The notes under the pieces were generated by a model. That model did not search any database, was not told the DNA's origin, and saw only the letters and a list, made by a program, of their open reading frames with translations. Shown here in pieces: positions 1 through 24,693 of a DNA stretch of 64,000 nucleotides. This stretch comes from Macrostomum lignano (taxonomy: Eukaryota): NCBI GenBank assembly GCA_002269645.1, contig NIVC01003098.1, positions 1 through 64,000 of the forward strand, in the 5' to 3' direction. The translations under genes were made by a program, and so were the position numbers. Numbering within the stretch: the first letter of the stretch is position 1; every line of letters starts with the position of its first letter.

Positions 1-99
1 GAAATCGCTTCGTTATTATTTTTACTCGTAGAATATAAAATTAGATTTTAATTTACTTAATGAAGTTGAAATTAGAATATTTGTATCAATGGTGGGAAG

Positions 100-291
100 G
101 GCAGAAAAGCCACTTTGAATGCACGCTTCTTAGCCAATCAGAATGGGTGAAGGGTGAAGAAGACAGGATAGAGGGTAAAAGACCCCACTGCCAGTGAACG
201 CTTCCTAGCCAATCAGAGTGAGCGAAGGGTGAGAAAGACAGGATGGAGGGTAGAAGACCCTCTGTCAGTGCACGCTTCTTAACCAATCAGA
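100..291. repeat. ~75-bp tandem repeat, ~2.4 copies
   Basis: cgcttc(t/c)ta(g/a)ccaatcaga recurs at 124, 199, 273. Confidence 0.7.
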
Positions 292-351
292 ATTGCTTGA
301 AATAAAAGTAGAAAAGTAATGAAACTCGACACATTTCCACTACAATTTCAG

Positions 352-11602
<11,251 letters not shown>

Positions 11603-12869
11603 AGAATTGTAACAGCCACTGTAGTAAAATTTGCATTCGCACATACTTCCTAATAAATCTAAAAAATTTCAGTGATTGCTCGAAGAGGAATACGTGGTCT
11701 AATTCACCCCATAATAGTGAATTTTTCTTTCGCTCTGCTATTTAAGGTTTATAAACGAGACTATTTTGTCAATAGGCAATAAACAGTGTTAGCGAGGCCA
11801 CTATAATTCTAGTCTGCCTCCTATTGGCTGCGTGGATGTGCGCACAACCGAGACTGGCCATGTACAATTGTACGATCGTCGGGGATAGAAAATATCTTCT
11901 CCCTCTCTAACCCCAACCTCACTCACGCCACGCCATTGCCTTTCCCAGCTCATTATTTCAGGGGCCATAAAAACCGCAAATCAGCCCTCCCAGTCTTACT
12001 TAAGATAAGCTTTTGAGAGAAAATCAAGGTCAAGGTCATTCGATCGTTGTGTCGCCTTAAGCTACCTTAGCGCATGTTACGACCGTACATGTAGAAACAA
12101 TCAATTCTTCCAACACTTGACCATCTGTATGCTGATGCCATGCGAGCATAGAACTCTCTTTTTATGTCTAAATGTATTAGTAAAATTTCTCAATTATATT
12201 TTTCTTTGTACAAGCGTATGCAATCAAGCTACTATATGGCATTGCTTTGTGTCGCTATTAAATGTAAACATGCAGTGTGGTTAAAATGACGATGGAAATG
12301 CAAAAAAGCCCAAAAGAGACACTTATAGCTCGTAGATCGTTTCGTTTGTCCAGCTTCATCGTGCTGTGTGTTATGCTAAATATTTTAACTTTCTTAAAAA
12401 CAAATTAGCTAATTGAACCGATTCAATTTATAGCCCTTATATTTATTCGTTCATAATGCTGTTTTATTAAACTTTTTAAGTATAATTATATTTATGGCAG
12501 AATAAATTGAAAAATGCTTTTTGACTCCTTAAATGCTTAACTATACATGTACGCCGCAAAAAGACTGCAAAGAAAAACGCAGTATCAAAGTAATTTATTC
12601 TCGTGGATCTGAGTTTGCTCACAAAAATAGCTCTGGTAGTTGAGTGAATACATTGTATTTAAGTATTTGTTCTGCAAGTTTATTCACAAGGCTTAGTCAA
12701 GGCTTACGGGGGAATTGGTGAGAAGGCAAGGCTAGGGGAAAATTGTTGAGATATAAATGCTGAGGTCAGAAGCTAGATGCAGTTATTTAAAAAAATATTA
12801 CATTCTTTGTTTGCTCCCCAAACGGGGGCGTAGATTGCTAGTCATTATACTAAAATTAAATGCCAAATG

Positions 12870-13250
12870 CGTGTGTACACGTGGGGGCCAAGATTGAGAG
12901 GTCGGATTCGCGTATGTACACACGAGGACGAGATTGAAAAGTCCGCGTATGTACACGCGGGGACGAGATTGAAGTCAGATTCGGGTATTGAGACGAGATT
13001 GAGAGGTCGAGTTTGCGTATGTACACATGGGGACGAGATTGAGAGGTCGAGTTTGCGTATGTACACATGGGGACGAGATTGAGAGGTTGAGTTTGCGTAT
13101 GTACACATGGGGACGAGATTGAGTTTGCGTATGTACACATGGGGACGAGATTGAGAGGTTGAGTTTGCGTATGTACACATGGGGACGAGATTGAGAGGTT
13201 GAGTTTGCGTATGTACACATGTAGACGAGATTGAAAGGTCGGATCGCTTT
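12870..13250. repeat. 40-bp minisatellite (ggggacgagattgagaggtcgagtttgcgtatgtacacat)
   Basis: Direct reading. Confidence 0.9.
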
Positions 13251-14199
13251 CGTACACAAAAGGAATTAAAGCAAAACCATTTAATTAGCTTAGTAATCTT
13301 TTTGTGTGAAAAGGACCATAAATATCACTGTACTTTTGTTATATTGGCAATTTTTGCTACAATATTCATTAAATGAGTAGACTCACACCAACCCGCTTCT
13401 GGGCTTAACGCTTGATTTTAGTCGGAGAGTTCTACCTCTTATCATTTAACCAGCAGGATTTATCACATTTACTAGGTACGAGTAAATTTGTGTTTATAGC
13501 TCGAATTCATTCTTCTCTGATAAGCAGTTTGATAGAACAAAATGAAACTGATTACAGACAGATCTCCAATAAGTTTACAAGTCCATCGGAGAATGAAATG
13601 AAACGGCCTGTGTGTAAACTTTTTATTTTTTTATACTAATCGGTATAACTCGGAGAATCTTCAGCGAAAAGTACAGTCGAAATTGGCGAAATCATAGGTG
13701 CAATTTAACTTTTTTATAAAACACATTTTCCCAATCAATGAAGGCGTCGTGTCGAAAATAACAATTAACAAACCAACTATGTCAGTTAAAACAATTCTGA
13801 AACCGAGTTGATCAGGGAAAATGTGTAACCGCATATGTGCATTAATATTTTATAAATATACGATATTATTATACTCTATCTAATGCAAACACGCATAGTA
13901 CTAGTAATAGCTGAGATAGTGAACGCAAAAAACAATAAGAGATACCGAGTACGCACCAACTGGTTTTTTATTGAAAAAAAATTAGACTCGATAATTTCGT
14001 CGCATTAAAAATACAAAATGACAACGCACTACTGCTAAGCTTGAGAACAGGAATCCATTAACTGGTCGTCCAATTGTTACAAGGTATTTGTTAATCAAGC
14101 CATTACTAACGGCTGAAACTGTCTAAAGCAACAGAGTGCTCAGTTATACTATTAGAGAAAGAAAAACTAGGAAGTGTGGCCAACGTTATTTATGAATGC

Positions 14200-15058
14200 G
14201 CGTACACATAGGGCGAGATTGAAGGGTTGGGGAGGTCCTGTGTACCTGTGGGGACGGGATTGAGGGGTCGGAGACGCACTGTGCACATATGGGGACGGGA
14301 TTGAGGGGTCGGAGACGTTTGTGCACATTTGGGGACGGGATTGAGGGGTCGGAGACGTTTGTGCACATTTGGGGACGGGATTGAGGGGTCGGAGACGTAC
14401 TGTGCACATATGGGGACGGGATTGAGGGGTCGGAGACGTTTGTGCACATTTGGGGACGGGATTGAGGGGTCGGAGACGTACTGTGCACATATGGGGACGG
14501 GATTGAGGGGTCGGAGACGTTTGTGCACATATGGGGACGGGATTGAGGGGTCGGAGACGCACTGTGCACATATGGGGACGGGATTGAGGGGTCGGAGACG
14601 CACTGTGCACATATGGGGACGGGATTGAGGGGTCGGAGACGCACTGTGCACATATGGGGACGGGATTGAGGGGTCGGAGACGCACTGTGCACATATGGGG
14701 ACGGGATTGAGGGGTCGGAGACGTACTGTGCACATATGGGGACGGGATTGAGGGGTCGGAGACGCACTGTGCACATATGGGGACGGGATTGAGGGGTCGG
14801 AGACGCACTGTGCACATATGGGGACGGGATTGAGGGGTCGGAGACGTACTGTGCACATATGGGGACGGGATTGAGGGGTCGGAGACGCACTGTGCACATA
14901 TGGGGACGGGATTGAGGGGTCGGAGACGTACTGTGCACATATGGGGACGGGATTGAGGGGTCGGAGACGTACTGTGCACATATGGGGACGGGATTGAGGG
15001 GTCGGAGACGTTTGTGCACATTTGGGGACGGGATTGAGGGTTCGAAGACGCAGTGCGT
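14200..15058. repeat. 40/41-bp minisatellite (ggggacgggattgaggggtcggagacgcactgtgcacatat)
   Basis: About 19-20 copies. Confidence 0.95.
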
Positions 15059-15871
15059 ACACTTTTGATCAAACGCCTGGTGGCATGCTCAGACACGGAC
15101 CAGTCGATTTGAGTCTTTATTTCAAGTTTGTGTGTAAATACTGGTTGGTTTGTGTCTTTACCAAGCATTTAATTTTTTAGTAAATAACTGGAGCAATGTG
15201 CTAACGATGAAGCCACACTTCCTAAACAGCGTTATAAAGGAAAGTACTCTGCATTTATAAAACTGTAATTCGCATTACTGTATATGAAAAGCGGTACGCT
15301 ATTAAATGAAGAATACAGTAAATGTTTGCATGCTGTTGACAGTTAATGGCTAATCCACTCGCAGCTATAAGGTGCCAAAAGGTACTTAAATAATGAGTAA
15401 ATACACAGTATAAGAAAAAACAAAAGATAAAAAAATCGAGAGTGAGAGTGATATATTTACAGACAAAAACAATTGTTTAACTCAATAAACGTGGAATCCA
15501 ATTAATTTTATAAAATCTCAATACTCTATAAAAAGTAGTAAAGTAAAACAATTCTATTGCCGTTAAAATTTACTTCCAACAAAAAACTATGAATCAGGAA
15601 TATAATTCGCAATACATTAATAACGAATAATTGCAGTTTATCATAGCATTATGAAATTCCCAATGCTCAGGCTGCTGGCCACAGAATATTCTTTGCTGCT
15701 GGCAGTAAAAATACCATTATAACAAAACTAACAACTCTAATTGTTCTCCTTCCCGAATTCATTAAAGATGATAAACTGTGCAGCAATCTGCACCCAATCT
15801 CATTTATTAAAAGCTGATATTGATACTTCAGTTACAGCGACTCAAAATTGTTGTTTATCCATAATCATAAT

Positions 15872-16087
15872 TTAATTACCGTGCCCGTTCACTTCGCAAA
15901 TTGGCGTTGGCTTCATAAATATTTTGAATCGGCCAGCGATAACTTCGTCCGGGACTACGTGCAGAGAGAACCGCGACTCGCAATCCAGCTGGGATACCAT
16001 CTGGCCGAGGGGAAGATTTGGGGAGGACAAATCCTTATGGGGGATTATTAGATTAAAAACCCACTGTATGGGGATGATGATGATGAA

Positions 16088-16118
<31 letters not shown>

Positions 16119-19100
16119 GCGCTTCTGATACTGCGCGCTTCTGATTGGAGCAGCGAGATAGAGACCTCCTGTCTGGGGTGCAGAGAGGTGAAGACCCACT
16201 GTCTGTAGGTGCAGGGAGGTGAAGACCCACTGTCTGTAGGGGGAGGGATGTGAAGACCCACTGCCTGGGGCGCAGGGATGTGAAGACCCACTGCCTGGGG
16301 CGCAGGGATGTGAAGACCCACTGTCTGTAGGGGGAGGGAGGTGAAGACCCACTGCCTGGGGCGCAGGGATGTGAAGACCCACTGTCTGTAGGGGGAGGGA
16401 TGTGAAGACCCACTGTCTATAGGGGGAGGGAGGTGAAGACCCACTGCCTGGGGCGCAGGGATGTGAAGACCCACTGTCTGTAGGGGGAGGGGTGTGAAGA
16501 CCCACTGTCTGTAGGGGGAGGGATGTGAAGACCCACTGTCTATAGGGGGAGGGAGGTGAAGACCCACTGCCTGGGGCGCAGGGATGTGAAGACCCACTGT
16601 CTGTAGGGGGAGGGGTGTGAAGACCCACTGTCTGTAGGGGGAGGGGTGTGAAGACCCACTGTCTGTAGGGGGAGGGATGTGAAGACCCACTGTCTATAGG
16701 GGGAGGGAGGTGAAGACCCACTGCCTGGGGCGCAGGGATGTGAAGACCCACTGTCTGTAGGGGGAGGGGTGTGAAGACCCACTGTCTGTAGGGGGAGGGA
16801 TGTGAAGACCCACTGTCTATAGGGGGAGGGAGGTGAAGACCCACTGCCTGGGGCGCAGGGATGTGAAGACCCACTGTCTGTAGGGGGAGGGATGTGAAGA
16901 CCCACTGTCTATAGGGGGAGGGATGTGAAGACCCACTGTCTATAGGGGGAGGGAGGTGAAGACCCACTGCCTGGGGCGCAGGGATGTGAAGACCCACTGT
17001 CTGTAGGGGGAGGGGTGTGAAGACCCACTGTCTGTAGGGGGAGGGATGTGAAGACCCACTGTCTGTAGGGGGAGGGAGGTGAAGACCCACTGTCTATAGG
17101 GGGAGGGAGGTGAAGACCCACTGCCTGGGGCGCAGGGATGTGAAGACCCACTGTCTGTAGGGGGAGGGGTGTGAAGACCCACTGTCTGTAGGGGGAGGGA
17201 TGTGAAGACCCACTGTCTGTAGGGGGAGGGAGGTGAAGACCCACTGTCTATAGGGGGAGGGAGGTGAAGACCCACTGCCTGGGGCGCAGGGAGGTGAAGA
17301 CCCACTGTCTGTAGGGGGAGGGATGTGAAGACCCACTGTCTGTAGGGGGAGGGATGTGAAGACCCACTGTCTGTAGGGGGAGGGATGTGAAGACCCACTG
17401 TCTGTAGGGGGAGGGATGTGAAGACCCACTGTCTGTAGGGGGAGGGAGGTGAAGACCCACTGTCTGTAGGTGCAGGGAGGTGAAGACCCACTGTCTGTAG
17501 GGGGAGGGAGGTGAAGACCCACTGTCTGTAGGGGGAGGGATGTGAAGACCCACTGTCTGTAGGGGGAGGGATGTGAAGACCCACTGTCTGTAGGGGGAGG
17601 GATGTGAAGACCCACTGTCTGTAGGGGGAGGGATGTGAAGACCCACTGTCTGTAGGGGGAGGGATGTGAAGACCCACTGTCTGTAGGGGGAGGGAGGTGA
17701 AGACCCACTGTCTGTAGGGGGAGGGAGGTGAAGACCCACTGTCTGTAGGGGGAGGGATGTGAAGACCCACTGTCTGTAGGGGGAGGGATGTGAAGACCCA
17801 CTGTCTGTAGGGGGAGGGATGTGAAGACCCACTGTCTGTAGGGGGAGGGATGTGAAGACCCACTGTCTGTAGGGGGAGGGATGTGAAGACCCACTGTCTG
17901 TAGGGGGAGGGATGTGAAGACCCACTGTCTGTAGGGGGAGGGATGTGAAGACCCACTGTCTGTAGGGGCGGGGGAGGGAGGTGAACTGTCTGTAGGGGGA
18001 GGGAGGTGAAGACCCACTGTCTGTAGGGGAGGGAGGTGAAGACCCACTGTCTGTAGGGGGAGGGAGGTGAAGACCCATTCCGGAGGGATCTGGGAAGAAC
18101 CAAAGCCAACTGTGTGTATCTGATCGGCACAGATAAGACTATAAGGAGTACCAAATAAAATTCTCACCTCGTCGCTGATGCAGACGGGAATTCCGGCAGG
18201 TCCGCAGAGAAGTACCTGGGAGATTTTTTCACCGTCCGATTGGAACAGACCAGCAATTTTGGTCAGCAATTCCTGATAGCTCAGGGTGCTCAAATACACC
18301 GGGTGAAACACTGTGGGCAGATGGAGGTGGAGGTCTAGCGGGCTTTGATGCTTAATCGAACTAAGGGAGGAAACCCTTGAGCAAAGAAATCCTAGCTGCT
18401 GTTGGTTAAAAAATAAGCAATTTTCAACAAAAAGCTGAGGCGAAAAGACGTGATATCAGTGAATGTAAAGTTTGTCTGAGTAGGGATTTAGGGGAGATTA
18501 TCTGAGTAGGGATTTAGGGGAGATTGTCTGACTAGGGATTTAGGGGAGATTGTCTGAGTAGGGATTTAGGGGAGATTGTCTGAGTAGGGATTTAGGGGAG
18601 ATTGTCTGAGTAGGGATTTAGGGGAGATTATCTGAGTAGGGATTTAGGGGAGATTATCTGAGTAGGGATTTAGGGGAGATTATCTGAGTAGGGATTTAGG
18701 GGAGATTGTCTGAGTAGGGATTTAGGGGAGATTAACTGAGTAGGGATTTAGGGGAGATTGTCTGAGTAGGGATTTAGGGGAGATTGTCTGAGTAGGGATT
18801 TAGGGGAGACTATCTGAGTAGGGATTTAGGGAGATTTTTTATGAGGAAAATTAAAGACGATTCAGCAGTAGATTCAGGGACAACTCTAAAAAGAAAAGGG
18901 GGTATTTATCTGACAATAGTCTAGGAGATTCAATAGAACTCATCTAGATCTCAGTATCTGAACTAACCATTCTCAGACTCCTGACCAACATAGAACAGCA
19001 GTTTGTAACGGCAGGGCCGCTGAGCCAGACCATTGTAGAGTCGAACTCCGTCAGACGGACCGCAAATCTCAATAAGATCGGCTCTGGACAAGCGCAACAA

Positions 19101-22100
19101 GTCGGTGCCATTGAAATTGGCGAACAGCCGGGCCACTGTGGCGAACCGGTTCTGCTCCAGCCAGTCGGCAACCTGCTGAGGCGAGCTGTCGAATGTCAGG
19201 TTCACCGGGGACTCGCGGGCGCATTGCGAATTTCTACTAGCAACAGTGGCGGCGGCTGCTGCACAGGATGGGCTGGCGGGCGAGTGCACCGATTTGGGGC
19301 TTGGCGAGCTGCCAGACCCGCCGTCACCGCCGCTGCATTGCTGCGCTCGAGAGCCGGCCTCCTGCTTGCTGTTAGCGATTGGGTTTTTCTTCAACGGTTA
19401 GTTTTTTGTGACCCCCTAAATTTGGACACCGGATGCTAAATTGACATCCTGTCTTTTTCCCAAGCTGGGAGTCTGCAGACTTGTGCAACTTTTGAGGGTC
19501 GGAGAGGCTCAATTCCGTGCGCGGGAGCGTTAATTTGGGGCGATTCACGAGAATCGTGAGCGTTGGCTAAGAGCATTGGCTGAGAGAAGTCACGTGACTA
19601 CTATTTTGTCCAATAGCGACTTACGTGTGTGTAGCCAATAAAAACGGCCGGGTGAATCCTTAGGTTGCGCCCAAGCATGTGAGAGGGTCAGATGCGGCAA
19701 TGTATAAAGGCATTCTGCCAACTAGTCTAACGCTTTTCAAACGCGTCTAATCCATAAAGACGCTCAATGTGCGTCAAAACTACAATCTAAGTATCCACAA
19801 AGACCCGCTAGTTAAACTAGCTAAAACAGAATTACAGACTCACACGACAACACCGTCGGCGGGGCGGTCAGCGGCAGACTTGAGCTCGGGCTTGACCAGA
19901 CTCAACAAGCCCTGCTCGCTCAGGTAAACAGTTGGCTTAAATGGAGTATAGAGCAGCGAAGGCTGGTATTTGCTGCGCTCGCTTTCCGTTCGCTTCTCCA
20001 CTTTCTCCCTGTCGGTCTTGTGCTTCCTATCGGCGCCCTTGGGCTTGAACACTTTCACCTGGGCGGCCAGGCTCTGCAAATGGTTGCCAGTAGCATTGTC
20101 GAACGTGTCCACCTGCAGGCGGAACGGGATGCCCTTCTCGCCGCCGTGCTTTCTAGCCGTGAACTCCGTGCTGATGCAGTGCAGCTTCACGAATACGCCG
20201 CAGTCTGAGCTGCTGTCGCCGACGCGACTTTTGCCGCCTTCCCATATCACCTCGGCCATGTTAATATGAGCAGGACTGATCTTCACGTCGCTCAGGTTGT
20301 ATGATAGCGGGATGTCAATGTCCAGGATACGCTCGCCAGGCCTGCTCTGGCGCCAGTAATCCAGGTGCTCCTTCTCCATGAACTGCATCCGGCGCTCGTG
20401 GAAGCTGATGCGGAACACGCTCTGGCAAGGGTGGATTGAGGGCGATTCTATAGGGTGGATTGAGGGCGATTCTATAGGGTGGATTGAGGGCGATTCTATC
20501 GGGTGGATTGAGGACGATTCTATAGGGTGGATTGAGGGCGATTCTATAGGGTGGATTGAGGGCGGTTCTATAGGGTGGATTGAGGGCGATTCTATCGGGT
20601 GGATTGAGGACGATTCTATCGGGTGGATTGAGGACGATTCTATAGGGTGGATTGAGGGCGATTCTATAGGGTGGATTGAGGGCGGTTCTAAAGGGTGGAT
20701 TGAGGGCGATTCTATCGGGTGGATTGAGGACGATTCTATAGGGTGGATTGAGGACGATTCTATAGGGTGGATTGAGGGCGATTCTATCGGGTGGATTGAG
20801 GACGATTCTATAGGGTGGTTTGAGGACGGTTCTATAGGGTGGATTGAGGGCGATTCTATAGGGTGGATTGAGGGCGATTCTATCGGGTGGATTGAGGACG
20901 ATTCTATAGGGCGGATTGAGGGCGATTCTATCGGGTGGATTGAAGGCGATTCTATAGGGTGGATTGAGGGCGATTCTATCGGGTGGATTGAGGGCGATTC
21001 TATAGGGTGGATTGAGGGCGGTTCTATAGGGTGGATTGAGGGCGATTCTATCGGGTGGATTGAGGACGATTCTATAGGGTGGTTTGAGGGCGATTCTATC
21101 GGGTGGATTGAGGACGATTCTATCGGGTGGATTGAGGGCGATTCTATAGGGTGGATTGAGGGCGATTCTATAGGGTGGATTGAGGGCGATTCTATAGGGT
21201 GGATTGAGGGCGATTCTATAGGGTGGATTGAGGGCGATTCTATAGGGTGGATTGAGGGCGATTCTATAGGGTGGATTGAGGGCGATTCTATAGGGTGGAT
21301 TGAGGGCGATTCTATAGGGTGGTTTGAGGACGGTTTTATAGAGTGAATTGAGGGCGATTCTATAGGGTGGATTGAAGGCGATTCTATCGGGTGGATTGAG
21401 GGCGATTCTATAGGGTGGATTGAGGGCGATTCTATAGGGTGGATTGAGGGCGATTCTATAGGGTGGATTGAGGGCGATTCTATAGGGTGGATTGAGGGCG
21501 ATTCTATAGGGTGGATTGAGGGCGATTCTATAGGGTGGATTGAGGGCGATTCTATAGGGTGGATTGAGGGCGATTCTATAGGGTGGATTGAGGGCGATTC
21601 TATAGGGTGGATTGAGGGCGATTCTATAGGGTGGATTGAGGGCGATTCTATAGGGTGGATTGAGGGCGATTCTATAGGGTGGATTGAGGGCGATTCTATA
21701 GGGTGGATTGAAGGCGATTCTATCGGGTGGATTGAGGGCGATTCTATAGGGTGGATTGAGGGCGATTCTATAGGGTGGTTTGAGGACGGTTCTATAGGGT
21801 GGTTTGTGGACGGTTTTATAGAGTGAATTGAGGGCGATTCTATAGGGTGGATTGAGGGCGATTCTATCGGGTGGATTGAGGGCGATTCTATTGGGTGGAT
21901 TGAGGGCGATTCTATAGGGTGGATTGAGGGCGATTCTATAGGGTGGATTGAGGGCGATTCTATAGGGTGGTTTGAGGACGGTTCTATAGGGTGGATTGAG
22001 GACGATTCTATCGGGTGGATTGAGGACGATTCTATAGGGTGGTTTGAGGACGGTTCTATAGGGTGGATTGAGGGCGATTCTTTAGGGTGGATTGAGGGCG

Positions 22101-23884
22101 ATTCTATAGGGTGGATTGAGGGCGATTCTATAGGGTGGATTGAGGGCGATTCTATAGGGTGGATTGAGGGCGATTCTATAGGGTGGATTGAGGGCGATTC
22201 TATAGGGTGGATTGAGGGCGATTCTATAGGGTGGATTGAGGGCGATTCTATAGGGTGGTTTGAGGACGGTTCTATAGGGTGGATTGAGGACGATTCTATC
22301 GGGTGGATTGAGGACGATTCTATAGGGTGGATTGAGGACGATTCTATAGGGTGGATTGAGGACGATTCTATAGGGTGGATTGAGGACGATTCTATAGGGT
22401 GGTTTGAGGACGATTCTATAGGGTGGATTGAGGACGATTCTATAGGGTGGATTGAGGACGATTCTATAGGGTGGATTGAGGACGATTCTATAGGGTGGAT
22501 TGAGGACGATTCTATAGGGTGGATTGAGGACGATTCTATCGGGTGGATTGAGGACGATTCTATAGGGTGGTTTGAGGACGGTTCTATAGGGTGGATTGAG
22601 GGCGATTCTTTAGGGTGGTTTGAGGACGGTTCTATAGAGTGAATTGCGGGCGATTCTATAGGGTGGATTGAAGGCGATTCTATAGGTAAGGTGGCTTAGT
22701 AAAGTATCTGCAATAAAATTGTGCTAAAGACTTCAGTTGTCAGAAGCTTATGGACACTAGTACTGCTGGCAGTAACAGACTTACTCTAAACAGTCGAGAT
22801 TTCTCTCCGTTTCCATAGTAGGACAGTTTCACTTCGTATGGATGACCTGAGGAGAAAAAAATGACAGAAAAAATACCTTGAATGAATAAAAATACCAATA
22901 AATACTAAATAGTATAATGCAAGTAGTATGTTAATATTGTATAATGCGAAAGGGGTATACTAATAAGGGTTGTAGCCTAGTAGTTAGAGTGTCGGACTTA
23001 CGGCTGAAAAGTCGGGGGTTCTATTTCCGACCCACTCGGAACAATTTGTGTCCTTGAGAAAGACAATTAACCCTGCATTGCTTCAGTTCACCCAGCTGTA
23101 AAATGGGTGCCAGCATTAGCTGGGGTAATTGAGGGTGTGTGGCGACCCCCAGTCTTTGGACTGAACAGCCGTACGCAGCCTTCAGATGCGCCCGCGCAAT
23201 AGCTGCGGCTGAGCTGTCGGTTGCACATCTGCCCACTAGCATTAGGGCATATGTAAAGAAACAAGTAAACTATTTAAATTAAAGAGCTAAAATGCAATCG
23301 AGGATCATCATAAAGTTTGGGGATTTGTGCAGTTTAGGGATTTGTGCAGTTTAGGGATCATAAACTTTGGGGATCATAAGTTTTGTTCATACACAGATTA
23401 AACCAGTGTTGCAATTAACACTAGCACTAATTCGCCTACCCTGATTAAGATAAGTCAGCGGCTCCTCATTCACTTTGATAGCTGGCGAAGTGCAGGCGCA
23501 CATGGATATATTAAATTTGCCGCTGTGCAACAGAGGTGGCTGCTGCTGCTGCATGGACTCCGACTGTCTATTATCCATGCCAGAGAAGCTGGACGAATCT
23601 GTGGCAGCTTCATCGGTTGGCGGCAAAAACTTTCCAGGCGACAGCGACATGATGGCTTCAGACATGTTGAATGAGGAGGCAGCAAGATCGACGCCCAGGC
23701 CAGATAGGGAGCCCTCGAAGTTGGCCGCGAGGCCGTGGTCGATGTCGTCCATTTGCCACTCGCTCGTGACCTGCTGCTGCTGCTGTTGCTTGGTGTCGCC
23801 AAGCTGTCGATTGGCATTGGAAACCAACTGCTGGGGCTTGGGATTAGCCAGGCTATTGATTGACATGAATGTAATGGTTGGCAT
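15872..23884 (-). CDS. TFCP2: CP2/LSF-subfamily grainyhead-like transcription factor (TFCP2/UBP1/gemini-like)
   Basis: Exons (minus): 23884-23440, 22846-22785, 20421-19844, 19368-18968, 18310-18168, 16000-15872; phases consistent. CP2 motifs [63 protein letters not shown]; SAM-like [31 protein letters not shown]; C-terminal [20 protein letters not shown]. Start codon tentative. Confidence 0.93.
16073..16118. repeat. (GAT)n microsatellite
   Basis: Direct reading. Confidence 0.95.
16185..18078. repeat. 30/31-bp minisatellite (gtgaagacccactgtctgtagggggagggat), ~60 copies
   Basis: Two unit variants; last TFCP2 intron. Confidence 0.95.
18475..18835. repeat. 26-bp minisatellite (tctgagtagggatttaggggagattg)
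   Basis: About 14 copies. Confidence 0.92.
20429..22684. repeat. 24-bp minisatellite (gggtggattgagggcgattctata), ~90 copies
   Basis: Fills TFCP2 intron 20422-22784. Confidence 0.96.
22967..23249 (+). mobile_element. tRNA-derived SINE with CORE-like domain (family B)
   Basis: tRNA-like head, then tgtgtccttgag..ttaac..tcagttcacccagctgtaaaatggg resembling the MIR CORE; close inverted copy at 39407-39686. Confidence 0.8.
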
Positions 23885-24112
23885 ATTGCATTGTATAGCT
23901 AGTATTACATTTGATAACCTAATTTTAGCTACACTAACTTTACTTAAATAAAAAATAATTTAGTCAAAAAATAGATTTTTAAACATTTTTTAATATGTAT
24001 AGATTATTTTTTTCATTTCTTGTTAAAGGTGGGGCACTTCACTTTAAATGACATTGTCATAGCTAATAAAGACATAAATGTCTATTCTGCTGACTCTCCT
24101 AAATAGGCATAT

Positions 24113-24372
24113 AAGCACATGGATATATATGCTGTCATACACACAGGCACACACTCATACAGGAGTCTACAGTAGCCCTGCTCCTAACTTTATTTATTGT
24201 TAGACATGTACACTTTACAAAGCTTAGGATTTGGCCTTCAATGGCACTAATTGTATGAATAAATCCGCATTGAAATTTCAAGCTAGCCTCAAATTAATAT
24301 AGCTATAAACTTAGAATTAAGCCTAGGCTATTGGCATATCTAAGCATTATGCTAGACCACTAGGCTATACCC
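24113..24372 (-). mobile_element. SINE family A, heavily C->T/G->A mutated copy
   Basis: Colinear with 10085-10331 including the head (gggtatagcctagtggtc on minus). Confidence 0.7.
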
Positions 24373-24693
24373 TTTCTCCTAAAGAATTTTCTTATAAAAC
24401 TTTAGTAAAAGAATAAGTAAAGTAAGTTTTATTTTTATCATCTTGAATTCAAATCTAAAAGAAATTAGGCTTAGTAATAAGGATAAAATAATGAAGCCTA
24501 GGCTTATTAGACTATTAGGGGCCTAATTACAATGTAATTATAATAGCCAAATTTCTAAAAGCTAGGCCTATAAGTCTTAGCAATCAATTATATAGCTATG
24601 TTTGGCCTTGGGTAAGCCTTAGTTTAAACTGTTTAGTTGTATACAATATAGCTAATCATTTTAATTTAAGCCTAAAAAGTCTAATATTTTGTT

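Noticed and set aside
16053-16208. Poly-His/Met/Ile/Ser tracts
   Set aside because: (GAT)n microsatellite inside the last TFCP2 intron.
18475-18835. Interstitial telomere (TTAGGG)
   Set aside because: One TTAGGG per 26-bp unit, never tandem hexamers.
20378-21346. 322-aa GWIEGDSI repeat ORF and similar ORFs (14167-15168, 16053-18311, 8450-9367, 32874-33348)
   Set aside because: Stop-free translations of minisatellites lying in introns or intergenic DNA.
14200-22684. Regular arrays as CRISPR loci
   Set aside because: Head-to-tail units with no unique spacers, no cas genes, eukaryotic intronic context.
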